A DNA stretch of 64,000 nt. It comes from Leidyana gryllorum EB-2025a (Eukaryota; Protista; Apicomplexa). Position numbers and translations under genes: made by a program. Positions 24,101 through 34,902 of this stretch are shown here, in pieces (the first letter of the stretch is position 1; the number at the start of each line of letters is the position of its first letter). A model generated the notes under the pieces. It did no database searches. It saw nothing but the letters and a program-made list of their open reading frames with translations, and was not told where the DNA came from. Location of the stretch: positions 124,001-188,000 of the forward strand of contig JBLWGC010000082.1 in assembly GCA_048772705.1 (NCBI GenBank), written 5' to 3'.

Positions 24101-25504
24101 TCACATGGAAGAAGCAGAGCAGAAGTGCACAGACGACGCCCACGACGCTCAACCAGAAACTGTACCCGCTGCGACAGTGCCCCAAGAGTCTCTGGTAGAC
24201 GAGACGGGAATGGCTGAAGTGATAGGCCCCGAGGGAGAGCCTGAGAAAGCTTCATCTGCCGTTGAGAATGCACCAGCCTCTGGCGTCGTTTCTCAAGATC
24301 GTATGGAGGAGTTGCAGCAATCCATCGACGCTGTTGCGATTCTTCCCCCTCCTGCGGTCGTTGATCCGATTGATGAGGCTGCGTTCTCACCCGTGCACTC
24401 GGAAGTCGAGGAAGATCTGCCTGTTCGGTCTCCGCAGCGAAGAGATACTCTCCCTTTGACGCGCAGGAAAAGCGGTGTTGCGAGGGAGAAGGCTCAATCA
24501 AGAGTCGCCGCAACCGAGCCGCAACCCACTCCTGACTGCAATCAGGAGCTGGATATGGAAATGGGCAGCCCGCCTCCCATCGACCGTACGGGATTGATCA
24601 ACGAGATGGCTCCAGATTTGCCTGCTGATTTGCCTCCTGCGGACAATGTCATTGATACCGATATCCTATGTGATTTGCCCGAACTGGACCTGGACGAATT
24701 ACTGAGTCCAAAGGCTGGAGATAGATACAGCTCGCAGGAGCCGGAACAATGCTTGGACAGCTTGGCACCTCTGTCACCTTTGCCGATGTCCAAGTCGTTG
24801 AACACCACTTCGGTGAGACTACAATCAGCAGCCAAGACTCGCGAAATTGCTCCGGATGTGACCCTCCGCAAACCCACAGCGGCTGAAACAGACTTACTTC
24901 GTCTTCTGGTGAGTGATGTCGTAGTGCTTGATAATATCCTTCTACAGGCCAAGGTGAAAGAGAGCATGCAGAAAGCCAGCCAGGAGTGCGCCGAAGATGT
25001 GAATCAGATACGACGGCGTTACGCAAAGAAGGCTGAAGTGCTGGTGAAGGCAGTGAAAGAGAAGAAGGCTGCAGAGCTCATGAGGATAAATGAACACTAT
25101 GATAGGTAAGGACGACGTGACGTACGTTGATATACTCATATATACTGTGCAGACGAGTGGAGGGTCTAATGGAGGATATCCGGTGCAAGGCTGCGAAAGA
25201 AAAGGAAGAGTTCGACAAGATCTGTGCGATATGGCGTAGAGAGATCAAAGCTACCGAAGCTGGGATGAGGAAGTTAGAACCTTGTTGCACTGTGTTGAGA
25301 GAGTATTGTGCCAGGGAACGATCTGACAGAGAGCGGATAAATTGTTCATTGAGAACTAAACTCGAGGAATTGAAGAACATGGACCTGGGTAGTTCGAATC
25401 ACGGGGACGGGCCTGCTGCACCTTCGGTCCGAAAAAGGGCTCGGATAAGTACGCTGGACGAGCTGCTGACGAGCTTGGGTCTGATCAACCATGGCAATGA
25501 GTGA
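21174..25504 (+). CDS. Candidate SYCP2/Red1/Rec10-like protein (ARM-like + PH-like + disordered + C-terminal coiled coil)
   Basis: Multi-exon gene joining ORFs 21790-22668, 22509-25109 and 25127-25504. PDYLLQCTIAELL and GQIDFGVYSAIF resemble SYCP2 motifs; about 130-aa K/E/R coiled coil at the end. Start codon uncertain. Confidence 0.55.
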
Positions 25505-25583
25505 TGAGATGTTGGTTTTTGTGTGATGAGTGCGTACCGAATGAATGGAACGGCTTTATTTTGTTGTTTGATTGCGATGTGGA

Positions 25584-26813
25584 ATGTTATTATCTGTATG
25601 GTTGACTTTGTTGATCGTTGGAGGTGTTTTGGGTGATGCTGACGACTTGTGGGTTGGAGGTCTGGACTACCCTGACGTTGATGAGGCTGATAAGGATGCG
25701 ATATGTGCGACAATGGCAGCGATAGCGGCGTTAGCGGGTGTTTTCTTCTTCAAATGCACAAAACGATGGGGGATAGATATTACTCCTTGCGTGGATCGGT
25801 TTTGTTGGTGCCGTGGCACATCGAAGGATGATCACCTGTCGGACGTATCATCAGAAGACATTGTAATAATAGACTTCGCGTGGCCGTTGGATGCAGAGGT
25901 TTTGGAAGTGGTGGATGAGGAGGAAGACGAGGGTCTGTTGCGTGCGAGGCGATTATCCGCTGTGACAGAAGAGGGAACAGTACTGACAATGGAAGATGAG
26001 AGGGGGCGAAATATGGAGTGTATTTCATTGAGTGGACCGACGACGCCCCCTCCTCCTCAACGACTGGGGAGTTCTCAGACGACGCTGCTGGGCGCGACGA
26101 ACACTTCGATTGCGACAGCGGGAGCTGCGAACAGTCCTCGGAACGGTTTACTGCCACGAAGTTTAGACAGCATGTCGACGACGCCGGCATCGGAGTCGTC
26201 GACGGCGATGAGTGGACCCGTGCTGGTCCGGCGGCGGTCTTCGGTGTCGGTATCGCAGCGCGTGAAGCCGTTGGTGAACCCGATTGGTCTGAAGGGGATG
26301 ATTGCGCACAACCGGCAGGCTCGTGCCAGCCAGGAAGAGCAATCGTCTGTGCCGAAGAAGAGAGTGAATGATCGTCAGCCGCTGTTGGAGTGTGAATACC
26401 GCATCTTGATAAAGCCGGCGAGTTCGACTTCGTTGGCGACGCAGGAGTGGCAAGCTGATGATTCGTCTCCTACGCCCAGTACGTTAATGAACAAAAATCA
26501 GTATAGAAGCGATCAAAGTGCATCCCCGTCAACACCTTTCTTCGAGTCGTCTGGTGGAGTGGTGTCGTCCAGCGTTGTACCGTCGGCATCCTCATGTTCA
26601 ATATCGCCGTCCCATAGATGGCCGGTATGGGTGGCAACTTCTCCTGTATATTATCCCCCGGCCCCTTCGTCGAGTTCCCCCCCCTCTACCAACTACACGA
26701 TACTGCCTGTGGAAGATATATTATCGCCCTCATCGGTGCTTGAGAGTCCATTGAGCGACCGACTCGATGCTTTCGATTTGAGGGCAATGACGTATATTTC
26801 TGGTTCCACCTAA
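25584..26813 (+). CDS. Hypothetical type I membrane protein (signal peptide, tiny ectodomain, Cys cluster, Ser-rich tail)
   Basis: MLLSVWLTLLIVGGVLG signal, TM segment AICATMAAIAALAGVFFF, juxtamembrane Cys residues; intronless ORF. Confidence 0.6.
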   Translation: MLLSVWLTLLIVGGVLGDADDLWVGGLDYPDVDEADKDAICATMAAIAALAGVFFFKCTKRWGIDITPCVDRFCWCRGTSKDDHLSDVSSEDIVIIDFAWPLDAEVLEVVDEEEDEGLLRARRLSAVTEEGTVLTMEDERGRNMECISLSGPTTPPPPQRLGSSQTTLLGATNTSIATAGAANSPRNGLLPRSLDSMSTTPASESSTAMSGPVLVRRRSSVSVSQRVKPLVNPIGLKGMIAHNRQARASQEEQSSVPKKRVNDRQPLLECEYRILIKPASSTSLATQEWQADDSSPTPSTLMNKNQYRSDQSASPSTPFFESSGGVVSSSVVPSASSCSISPSHRWPVWVATSPVYYPPAPSSSSPPSTNYTILPVEDILSPSSVLESPLSDRLDAFDLRAMTYISGST

Positions 26814-26826
26814 GGTAGTCACTCAC

Positions 26827-29800
26827 TCACTCGTCATCGCTCACGTCCACAAGAGCTGGTGCTGCGGCTGCTGTATTGCTATTGAAGTTCTGTCTTTCTA
26901 AAAGGTCTTGTGCAATCCGCTTAGTCAGGGACCAGTACTCCTTATCCAAGTCGTTTCTTCCCCACTCATCGCCACTATTCGAAGATGACCCTTCATCTTC
27001 ACTTATGTTTAGTATCACCGATGTACCCTCCGTCAGGTCTGTCTTTAGCTCAGCCAACTCTGCCGTCCCCATTGCCAATGGGTTTGTGTCTGCCTTTGCT
27101 TTTGAGGGGTCTGACTTTGGTGGCTGTGCTTCTACTGAATCCGACTGCACATCAATTTCAACCTCAACCGGCGGCGGCACCGTCACACCCCCGTCGACAT
27201 CCACCATCGACACATCCTCGGAGTCCGGTACCGTCTCCACGTCCACAGCCGCCTCAACCTGAGGCTGTGGCTGCGGTTGCGGCTCAGGCAGCTGAGCTTC
27301 TTCGTCGGTGGTGGTGGTGGTGGTCGCCGCCTTTTCCTGCTCTGTGGTGGGCTTCGGCTCCGGCTCTGAGACGGTGAGGTTTCCGTCTGCTGCTGGCTGC
27401 TTCTTCTCCGTTTCTGCTATTTGGCCGCCGCCACTTTCATTCCTGTCGCCGATGTCCTCTGTCACCGCGGTCTCCTCCATGGCGGGCTCATCTTCGTCGA
27501 GGACGACTTCGGCCTTCTCCAAAGGTTCATCGTCCTCCTCGAGAACGACTTCCGCTTCCATCAGAGCGGAGGAGGCGGTTTCTGTTGTCTCAACTTCAGC
27601 CGTAAGCGCAGCGGGTGGACTCACTTGGCCGAGTTCAGCAATCGGTGTTTCCATTTGGGGCGGTCGCGTCGCCGCGCCGCCTGCAGCGTCTTCCACGCTG
27701 AGTCCAGAGGAGGCTTCGTTCCGTCGGTCGTCCATCGAAACGGGTGTCTCTATAACACAGCTGTTCTCAGTTCCCGCTGCAAAAGAAGGAGTTCCATTGT
27801 CAAGTCCCCCGGGAGACAGCTCCACCTCGGTCACTTCGATCACCGGTTGCAATGTCACTGTAGTCGCTTCTTCCTCGGGCACAGTGGTGGGCGACACCAC
27901 TTGGGGGATCGAAACGAGTGTGGCGTCGGTAGCGTTAGACGGCGGGGGCGCGGCCGACCCGTGGACTTCTTCGGTCTCGGATCCCCGAGAAGAACTGCCG
28001 CCGTTGGCGGGCGAAACCACCGCTGGCAGCTCCTCCATTGCATCGTGCGGCTGCGGAGATCCGCTCGCGCTGCTAATGTCGTGATGTTCAGCAGCGCCCT
28101 CACTCAGGCGGATAACTTGCGGCAGGGGCGGAAACGGAGCAGCGGCGGACCGGCCGCCATCGACATCCGACATGGACGGTGGAGTGCTGCTGTTATCTCC
28201 GGCCCCTTCGCGACGCTTATCATCTTCAGACGGACCACCAGCCTCCTCCCCGCCATCACTATTTATAGCCACCGAAGACGGACTACTGCTGCTTTGCGTC
28301 GCTATAATGACTTCGGATGGCGGTGCCTCCTCGACACGATCACCGCTTTGGCCCGCTGAATTATCAGTCACACTGCTGGACGGCGGGGTGATGCTCTGGG
28401 CGCTCGGCGCTTGGCGCCGCAGAGTTTCTTCCAGACGCTCCAAACGTTGCTTCTCCATCAAAATCTGTTTCTCTGTGGCTTCGATCGCAGCCGCCTTTGC
28501 AGCGGCCGCATTTGCAGCTGACTCAGCGGCAGCGGCCGCGGCAAACTCGTCGCTGTACTCGCTGACACCCTCCTGCTCGGCAATCTCGTCCTCATCGTCT
28601 TCCTCAATCAGATCGTACACATTGGTGTCATTGCCCATACCACCTGGAAGATTCGGAACGCTGCTTGGAGCCTGACGATGCATCAAATGATGGAACCCTT
28701 CAGGGCTTCGCTCCGCCATATCGTCGTCGTCCTCCTCCTCCTCCTCCTCTTCCTCCTCCTGCGCCTCGTCCTCCTCCTCCTCCTCTTCATCAACGTCCTC
28801 AGCGCTGTTGTATCCGCTGACGTCCTCTCCGCCCTCATTCGAGTCGTACGCCGCGTAGTCACCCTCGAGGTCCTCGTCGTCCTCCTCCTCTGGCGACCGG
28901 GAATTGCCGCTCCCCTCCACACCGCTGTAGTCCCCGATGTTCATCGACGCCCGCACACGTGTGCTGCTTGGTGCCTGCACTGCCCAAGCGGCCGTCTTTT
29001 GGTTCACATTGCTGTGTAACACTCTGTTGAGCTCTTCCAACTCGCTACGGACACTACGTGAAGTCATCACGGGCTCCAGACGTTTGACAAAGTCCGCAAC
29101 GTGAGCAGCATAACTCTGCAACACGGGCCGGAGCGACGCTGTCAGCGAGTTGTAGCTCGGCGCGTCCAATTTCTCCCAATCCGGAGCGGCAGTCATTTCA
29201 TCAGCCGCCTGCTGGGCCAAAACTTTGAGGTCCTCAGCCACATCAGCCGGTACTATCGATCAAACATATTAAATCAAACCTCCCATCCCATTGGCACCTT
29301 ACCATCACAGGCGTATTGTGGGGCCCATAAGGCATCTTGCCACATTCGCAGAACAATCACAAAGCTTTGAAGAAGCGGAGAGTTCCGACAACGCGGACAC
29401 CGACTCACCGGACCTGTCAGAAGGAAAGCACTTTCTTTTCAGTCAACAGTGATTATGTCTTACCGGCGCGGGGGCCGAAACCCATCAGACTTCGCAGACA
29501 TCGGAGGGTCTGTTTCAAACCTTCTCCGTTGTTCGACAGCATAATAGAGTTCACCACCAACAGCCACGTCACAGCCTTCTCCAATTCCAACAAACTCTCG
29601 TTGCCGGCTGTCTGGAACGGGTTACTCGCCACCAGACCTCGCAACGTCATAGCTGTCCCTTGATTGTTCGCCACACTCTCCAAACCACGCCACAACCACC
29701 ACATCAGCTCCGACTCGTTCTCTTGCAGACTGCTCTCGCTATCGTCTTTGAACAGCAGAGCAGGCCCGAACAACGCAGCGTTCATCCGCATTATCTGGCT

Positions 29801-31435
29801 GACCATTGCTGATATGGCCTTCAGGAAACCCGGATTCCGTAGCGAAGCCTTCATAGCGGCGGTCCCGGCGATAGCCGAAGGCGCGATCGCCGCCGTTGAG
29901 GAACTGAAAGTTACCGTCGCCACCAACGGAGTGATGTCCGAAGTGAACAGATCGCGGATACTAGTCAAGATCCGACACAATCTGGCAGACAGTTGCCGGC
30001 CAAACGACACACGCTGACGAAGCGTACCAGACGGCCCAAAACCTCCTGCCTTGAGCGGCGATGATATTGCTCCACCATCACGAGGCCGCTCCGCCCCCCC
30101 ACCAGTCTCCACACTGGTCGAACGAGCTAACAGTGCTCCTGGACACCGATAACAGAGAGCTTCTATGAATGTTGCGAATACTTCTGGGGCGATAGCCAAA
30201 GCTCTGATCGCAACCAGCGGATTGGTGGTGTCTATTAGAAGCTTCGTCAGCACGCGGCACACACGTGTGGCGAAGATATTCCGCTTGGTAGGATCCAAAA
30301 CAACCAGGAATTGCTGCATGAAGTTTAATAAGGACGTCAGGAGGTTCCTGGTCGCATCCAAGGGGGGTCCAGTGCGGAGCTGAGGTGATATCACCACAAC
30401 TCCAATAATGTCAGCAGTTCTGTCCAATATATTCCACAATTCTGCAGTGTCAAAAGCCACTGCCGTGATCCCGGATTGCTCAGGGCTGATCTTGACCCCA
30501 CCCAGAGATTGTCCCACCTCGCTGTTGCTTTGCACTGGTAGGTTTCCCGCGAAGGTGAGAAGGGATCCCAAGGTAGCCAGTGCCCCCGATAAGGTGGCGG
30601 CAGCCGCACTATATTCGTCGAAGAGGAGGCCATCGAGTGTGACATTGGTGCTGAAAGCCTCGAGACTATTGGTAGCTGTTGAAAGCAGTGACTTGAGGAA
30701 CCAGTCGAAGGCTGTGACGCGTTCCCCAGTGCCCTTGATGTTTTTCCAAGTCATCAAGGGTATGAGGCGTCTTGCGGTGATGCTGAGTTTGTCTGTGGCC
30801 GAGCGAGAGGCGGCTGTGACGACGAGGTGAGCGAGATTGTCGAGGAGCTGTTTGAGTCCGGGTCGCCAGGAAGCAGATCCAAAGAGGTTCTGTTGAAGGG
30901 CCATCTCGAAGGCTTCGAGGACAACGGTGGCATCGGCATCGTTTGAGACGGGGAGCTCATTGATGAGAGCTTGGGCGATTGAGGAGCAGGGGGTGGCAAG
31001 TCTCTGGGCGTCGTTTGCGGTGTTTGAGTGGGGAATATAGGTGCCAATGTATACAAGACATCTGCTGAGCGTTATGACCGTTAGGGATCGGATGAGGGGG
31101 ACGAAGACGGGGGGTGGAGCGTTTTCTTCGTTTGCGAGTGTTTCATATTGCGGTAAGTGTTTTAGAATCTTGAGTAGAGCATCCGGGAGGTCTTGGAAGA
31201 AGAAGTGGAGGTTGGGTAGTTTGTTGGCCTCGCCGGTGAGATGGGACTGTAAGAGGGTGAGTGTGGCGGAGGAGACTGTGGCGAGTCCTGTGAATAATCG
31301 TTCTCGAGTTTCCAGCGAGAGATTGTCCTCATGGGCAGTTTTGACGAGTTGGGTGACTGCGGGTACGAGTGTAGTGTGGTAATAGTCTTCGAGAGTATTG
31401 AGGCGACTCTGGCCCGTGGAAACCATTTGTTGCAT
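26827..31435 (-). CDS. Large helical-repeat protein with very acidic disordered C-terminus (possibly PELP1/Rix1-like)
   Basis: ORFs 29453-31621 and 26827-29241 join via introns ~29414-29463 and ~29253-29302. Leu-rich helical N-half, D/E/P-rich C-half. The Rix1 label rests on architecture only. Confidence 0.6.
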
Positions 31436-31454
31436 ATTTATTTTTGGAGAGGGA

Positions 31455-33505
31455 ATGAGTGAATGTCCATTACCACCGAGTCCATTGGGGCAATATGGAC
31501 TGATAGAAGGCGAGATTGACCAATGCAGGTGCAAGGTATCGCCAAGCACGTACTTTGGTTTGCTAGCACCGGCGGCTCCCAGTATTTCCGAGGCGGTGAA
31601 GATGCTTTCGATGCGCGGCACTCAGTTGGGGAGCAAGTTGGCCAACAGTAGTCTGATGGACAGTTGTTGGGATATGGGACCGAGTAGGAGTGGAGCAGGA
31701 GCGGTGGGGCGTCGAAAGCAGTTTGCTCGCGTCTCGCTGGCAGCGGGCAGGAATTCAAGTTTGACAAATCTACCCCGGCACCTGATTGCTTTAGAGTGCA
31801 AGAGTCCACCGTTTGTTTGGTTAACGACTGAGGAGAGCTGTCAGACTTATTTGCCGGGTATTTGGCAGCTTCTGGCGACAGCGGGTGGGGAGTCCGAATG
31901 CCCAGGGCCGGCGAGGAGCCTTTATCGATGGTTCGAGAAAAGGTGTGATGACGAGTCTCACGACAAGCACTTGACTTTCAAATTGCCCCGGAGGCATTAC
32001 TTGTTGGACGCCTTGATCGAGTACGCAGTGCGCTGCACAGTATCGTCAGTGCCCACGCACCGTCTCGCTGTGTCGCCAAACAACCCCGTTGAGACGTCCC
32101 TCGAACATCTTGTGGCTGCTGCTGGGTTGCCGCCTTTTGCCATCTGCCAAAGCTGCCACAGACTGGCCTGGCTCTGCTGGATGGGCGATCCATGTCGATT
32201 GTGCACCACCGACGAAGAGGAGGAACTCGAAGACGAAGTTCTTTCCTCCAGCATTCCTGAACCCCAGAATATCAATGATTTCCCTCATAAGCCTAATGCT
32301 GCCGTGAACAACTCAAATAAGGTCACTCCTTCATTTAACAACAGATACGGCGAACACGACAGGTCGCCACTCACAGATCACCGAATTTGGAAAATGGAGG
32401 CCACCCAAGAAGCACTGCGTCACAGCCAAAACTATGTTGACGACACTGACCCGAGGTAAGATTTGGGGACTTGGGGACATTACAATGGACCGACCCTCTT
32501 TGCAGAACCGCTTGTACTGTAGCCCGGTTACCTCCTGCAACTCTGTTTCCAACTGCTGAGGCGGAAAGTTTCGTCGATGACGATGAGGAAGGACAACATC
32601 AAGTGATCGTGAAACTCGCAGGAAGTTTGATGAACGAATTGGCGGCTGCACGACAGGAAGAAGAACTTTTGAGCCGCACCGTCCAGCGGCTGGTGGATTC
32701 GGCACCGGCGCTCTCACACCAGCGCCCCCCCACCGACACGGTTTATGTGCCCCACCTATCACACGAGTCTATGAATCGCTCACTGAACAATCTGCCTTTG
32801 CCCGCCGCGGGGGCCGACTGGAAGAAGGCTGATGTCTGGCGGCCGGCTCAAATCGCCGAGCATTATATGCAAAGAATCCCTGAGAAGACATTTGCGGCCT
32901 CCACACCACAGACCTCGAGCACCGGCAGTGGATCATCGCCACATATGTCAAATATGCGAGATACGAATCAGTTTTATACCTCTTCACCCCCCCCCTCCCC
33001 GATCGAAGCCAACGAACAACAATCCCCTCCCCCCAATTCAACTTTGGTAGAACATTACGCCAAGACAAAGATGTGCGCCCAATTTCGGATGGGGCAATGC
33101 AAAAGGTAACCAATCAATGCCGCCCGCTCCCTATCTATTAACGCTTCTTCCTTCCGCCACAGAGGTTCACACGCGTGCAAATTCGCACATAGCCTTCAGG
33201 AATTGAGAGCCACACGCGATGTCTATAAGACAAAGCTTTGTGCATTCTGGGTCGTGGGACACTGCAAGGCGGGACCCGCCTGTAGACACGCGCACGGTGA
33301 GGCCGAGCTGCGCCAACGCCGCCCCCGCAAAGGTGGCACGCACACAATCCCGGGCATCGGTGGTCCCCATCTCCAAGTTGGGACCGACGGCAATGCTTCT
33401 GCTGGCGAAGACTGGGACGGCCCTCTTCCGCCTATTGAGTGGATGCATGAGGGGTCTCGCCAGTACCCATGGGCCACGGACTCGGCGGCCCTGCCGACTC
33501 GATGA
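31455..33505 (+). CDS. Tandem CCCH zinc-finger (TIS11/ZFP36-like) RNA-binding protein
   Basis: YAKTKMC..C..C.FAHSLQELR and YKTKLC..C..CRHAHGEAELR; introns ~32456-32506 and ~33106-33161. Start codon uncertain. Confidence 0.8.
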
Positions 33506-33555
33506 TAGTGTAGACTTTTGATTATGGGTTGAGCCGTCCGTTGAGTGACTGCTTT

Positions 33556-34873
33556 TCAGAATGCTGGAGCTGTGAGATACGTTTGTTGAACCCAAGAAGC
33601 GACATGCATGATGAGTTCCTCCGGAATGAGCATCAACGCCTCCCCGTCAGGGTTGGATACAGGTAGGGCAAACGCTTCGCGTGGAGCCTTCCCCTCAAGC
33701 CCGTTAGTCCCCAAGATTGGAGTCATCAATTTCCATCCGAAGGAATTGTCTGGGACTCTGTGTCCAGTATTTTCGGCCTTCTCCAGCCGAAACAGTTGTT
33801 CGGCAATGTTAATTGCTGATCATCAAACGATGAGCTCCACATCGCTCACACAAGCTTTTACTCACCGATTTCTGTAATGTCCATAAGGAATAGGTTTCCT
33901 TCGCCATCTTCTATCAATTGCAAATACTCCGCAATGTGCGCTAGCTCGCTCAATTTATTACGAATGCCACCGCCAGGCGCCAAGCTGTCATCGGTATTGC
34001 CAGGCAACCCGTCGCCACACAAGAAGATCTCTGGATGACTCCGAATTATAGGTGCAGTCGCATAGGCTCGGGCCTGCAACTTCCATCCGAAGCTCGGACA
34101 CCCGAAAGAGTGCAGAATCTGGTAAGCCGTGGGCAAATGATGCATAGATTACCTTTTTCATGTCCTTGTCTACGTTAACAGTCCAATTGTCGCCTTCGTA
34201 TTCCGATGGACCCTACACAAACCCATTTGTTCTTAATCATCAATCATCATAATTACAATCAGCCTCGCATCACACCAGGCGACACACACACACACACACA
34301 CGCACACACGCGCGCGCGCAACGCTCCAAATTGACCCAAATTAACGTGCTCAAAGGCAGCCGGTCACAAGTCCAATTATTTGACGAGGCCGAGGGGCATA
34401 TAGGAGGGCGAAGACAGTACAGTGAGGGTTCCCAGCCATGTATTTAATCGTCAAAGGTCGTAGCTCACACACCGTTTGTTTAGCGAGGTCTTCCAGAAGG
34501 TTAGATGAGCTCTGGAATCCACCCGCGCTTGTGTCGGTCACACCATAGCGATTGGCAAGTTTGCCGGATCGTTCGGCAATATTGATAGCTAGTTTCACGA
34601 GGTCCATTCGCGAGAGCGTGTTTGTGGACCGCTCGTTCTGAAAGTCAGCCAGGAAGCCGAGGAAGGGATAGCTCAGATGGGGGTCACTGATATTACGCCA
34701 CCCCAGGTCTATGAAATAGTAGTTCTTTGTATAGGGATGATAAGCAGGCGCGGAGGAATACCTGGGTCGGCAGTCATATAGGAGGGTAGGGTAGCGGCTA
34801 GTGCCGCTGACGCATTTACATTCCGTAGGTTGGGCTCTGTGGGTGATGCCGACTTGGAAGTGATGCACCCCAT
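33556..34873 (-). CDS. Hypothetical N-myristoylated/palmitoylated protein with a two-fold internal repeat
   Basis: Starts MGCITSK. Four phase-consistent introns (~34709-34761, 34213-34472, ~34119-34152, ~33816-33865). Repeated MDxxxxAINIAE and SFGWKL motifs. Confidence 0.7.
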
Positions 34874-34902
34874 CGACGACAAAATTTGATGGGCGGCGCT
34901 CG

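Noticed and set aside
26876-29019. Several long plus-strand ORFs opposite the acidic low-complexity gene
   Set aside because: Antisense shadows of GC-rich, repetitive coding sequence.
29409-29413. Apparent 5-nt micro-exon (AG|GTCCG|GTGAGT)
   Set aside because: Using the second donor leads to a stop; reading straight through keeps the frame.
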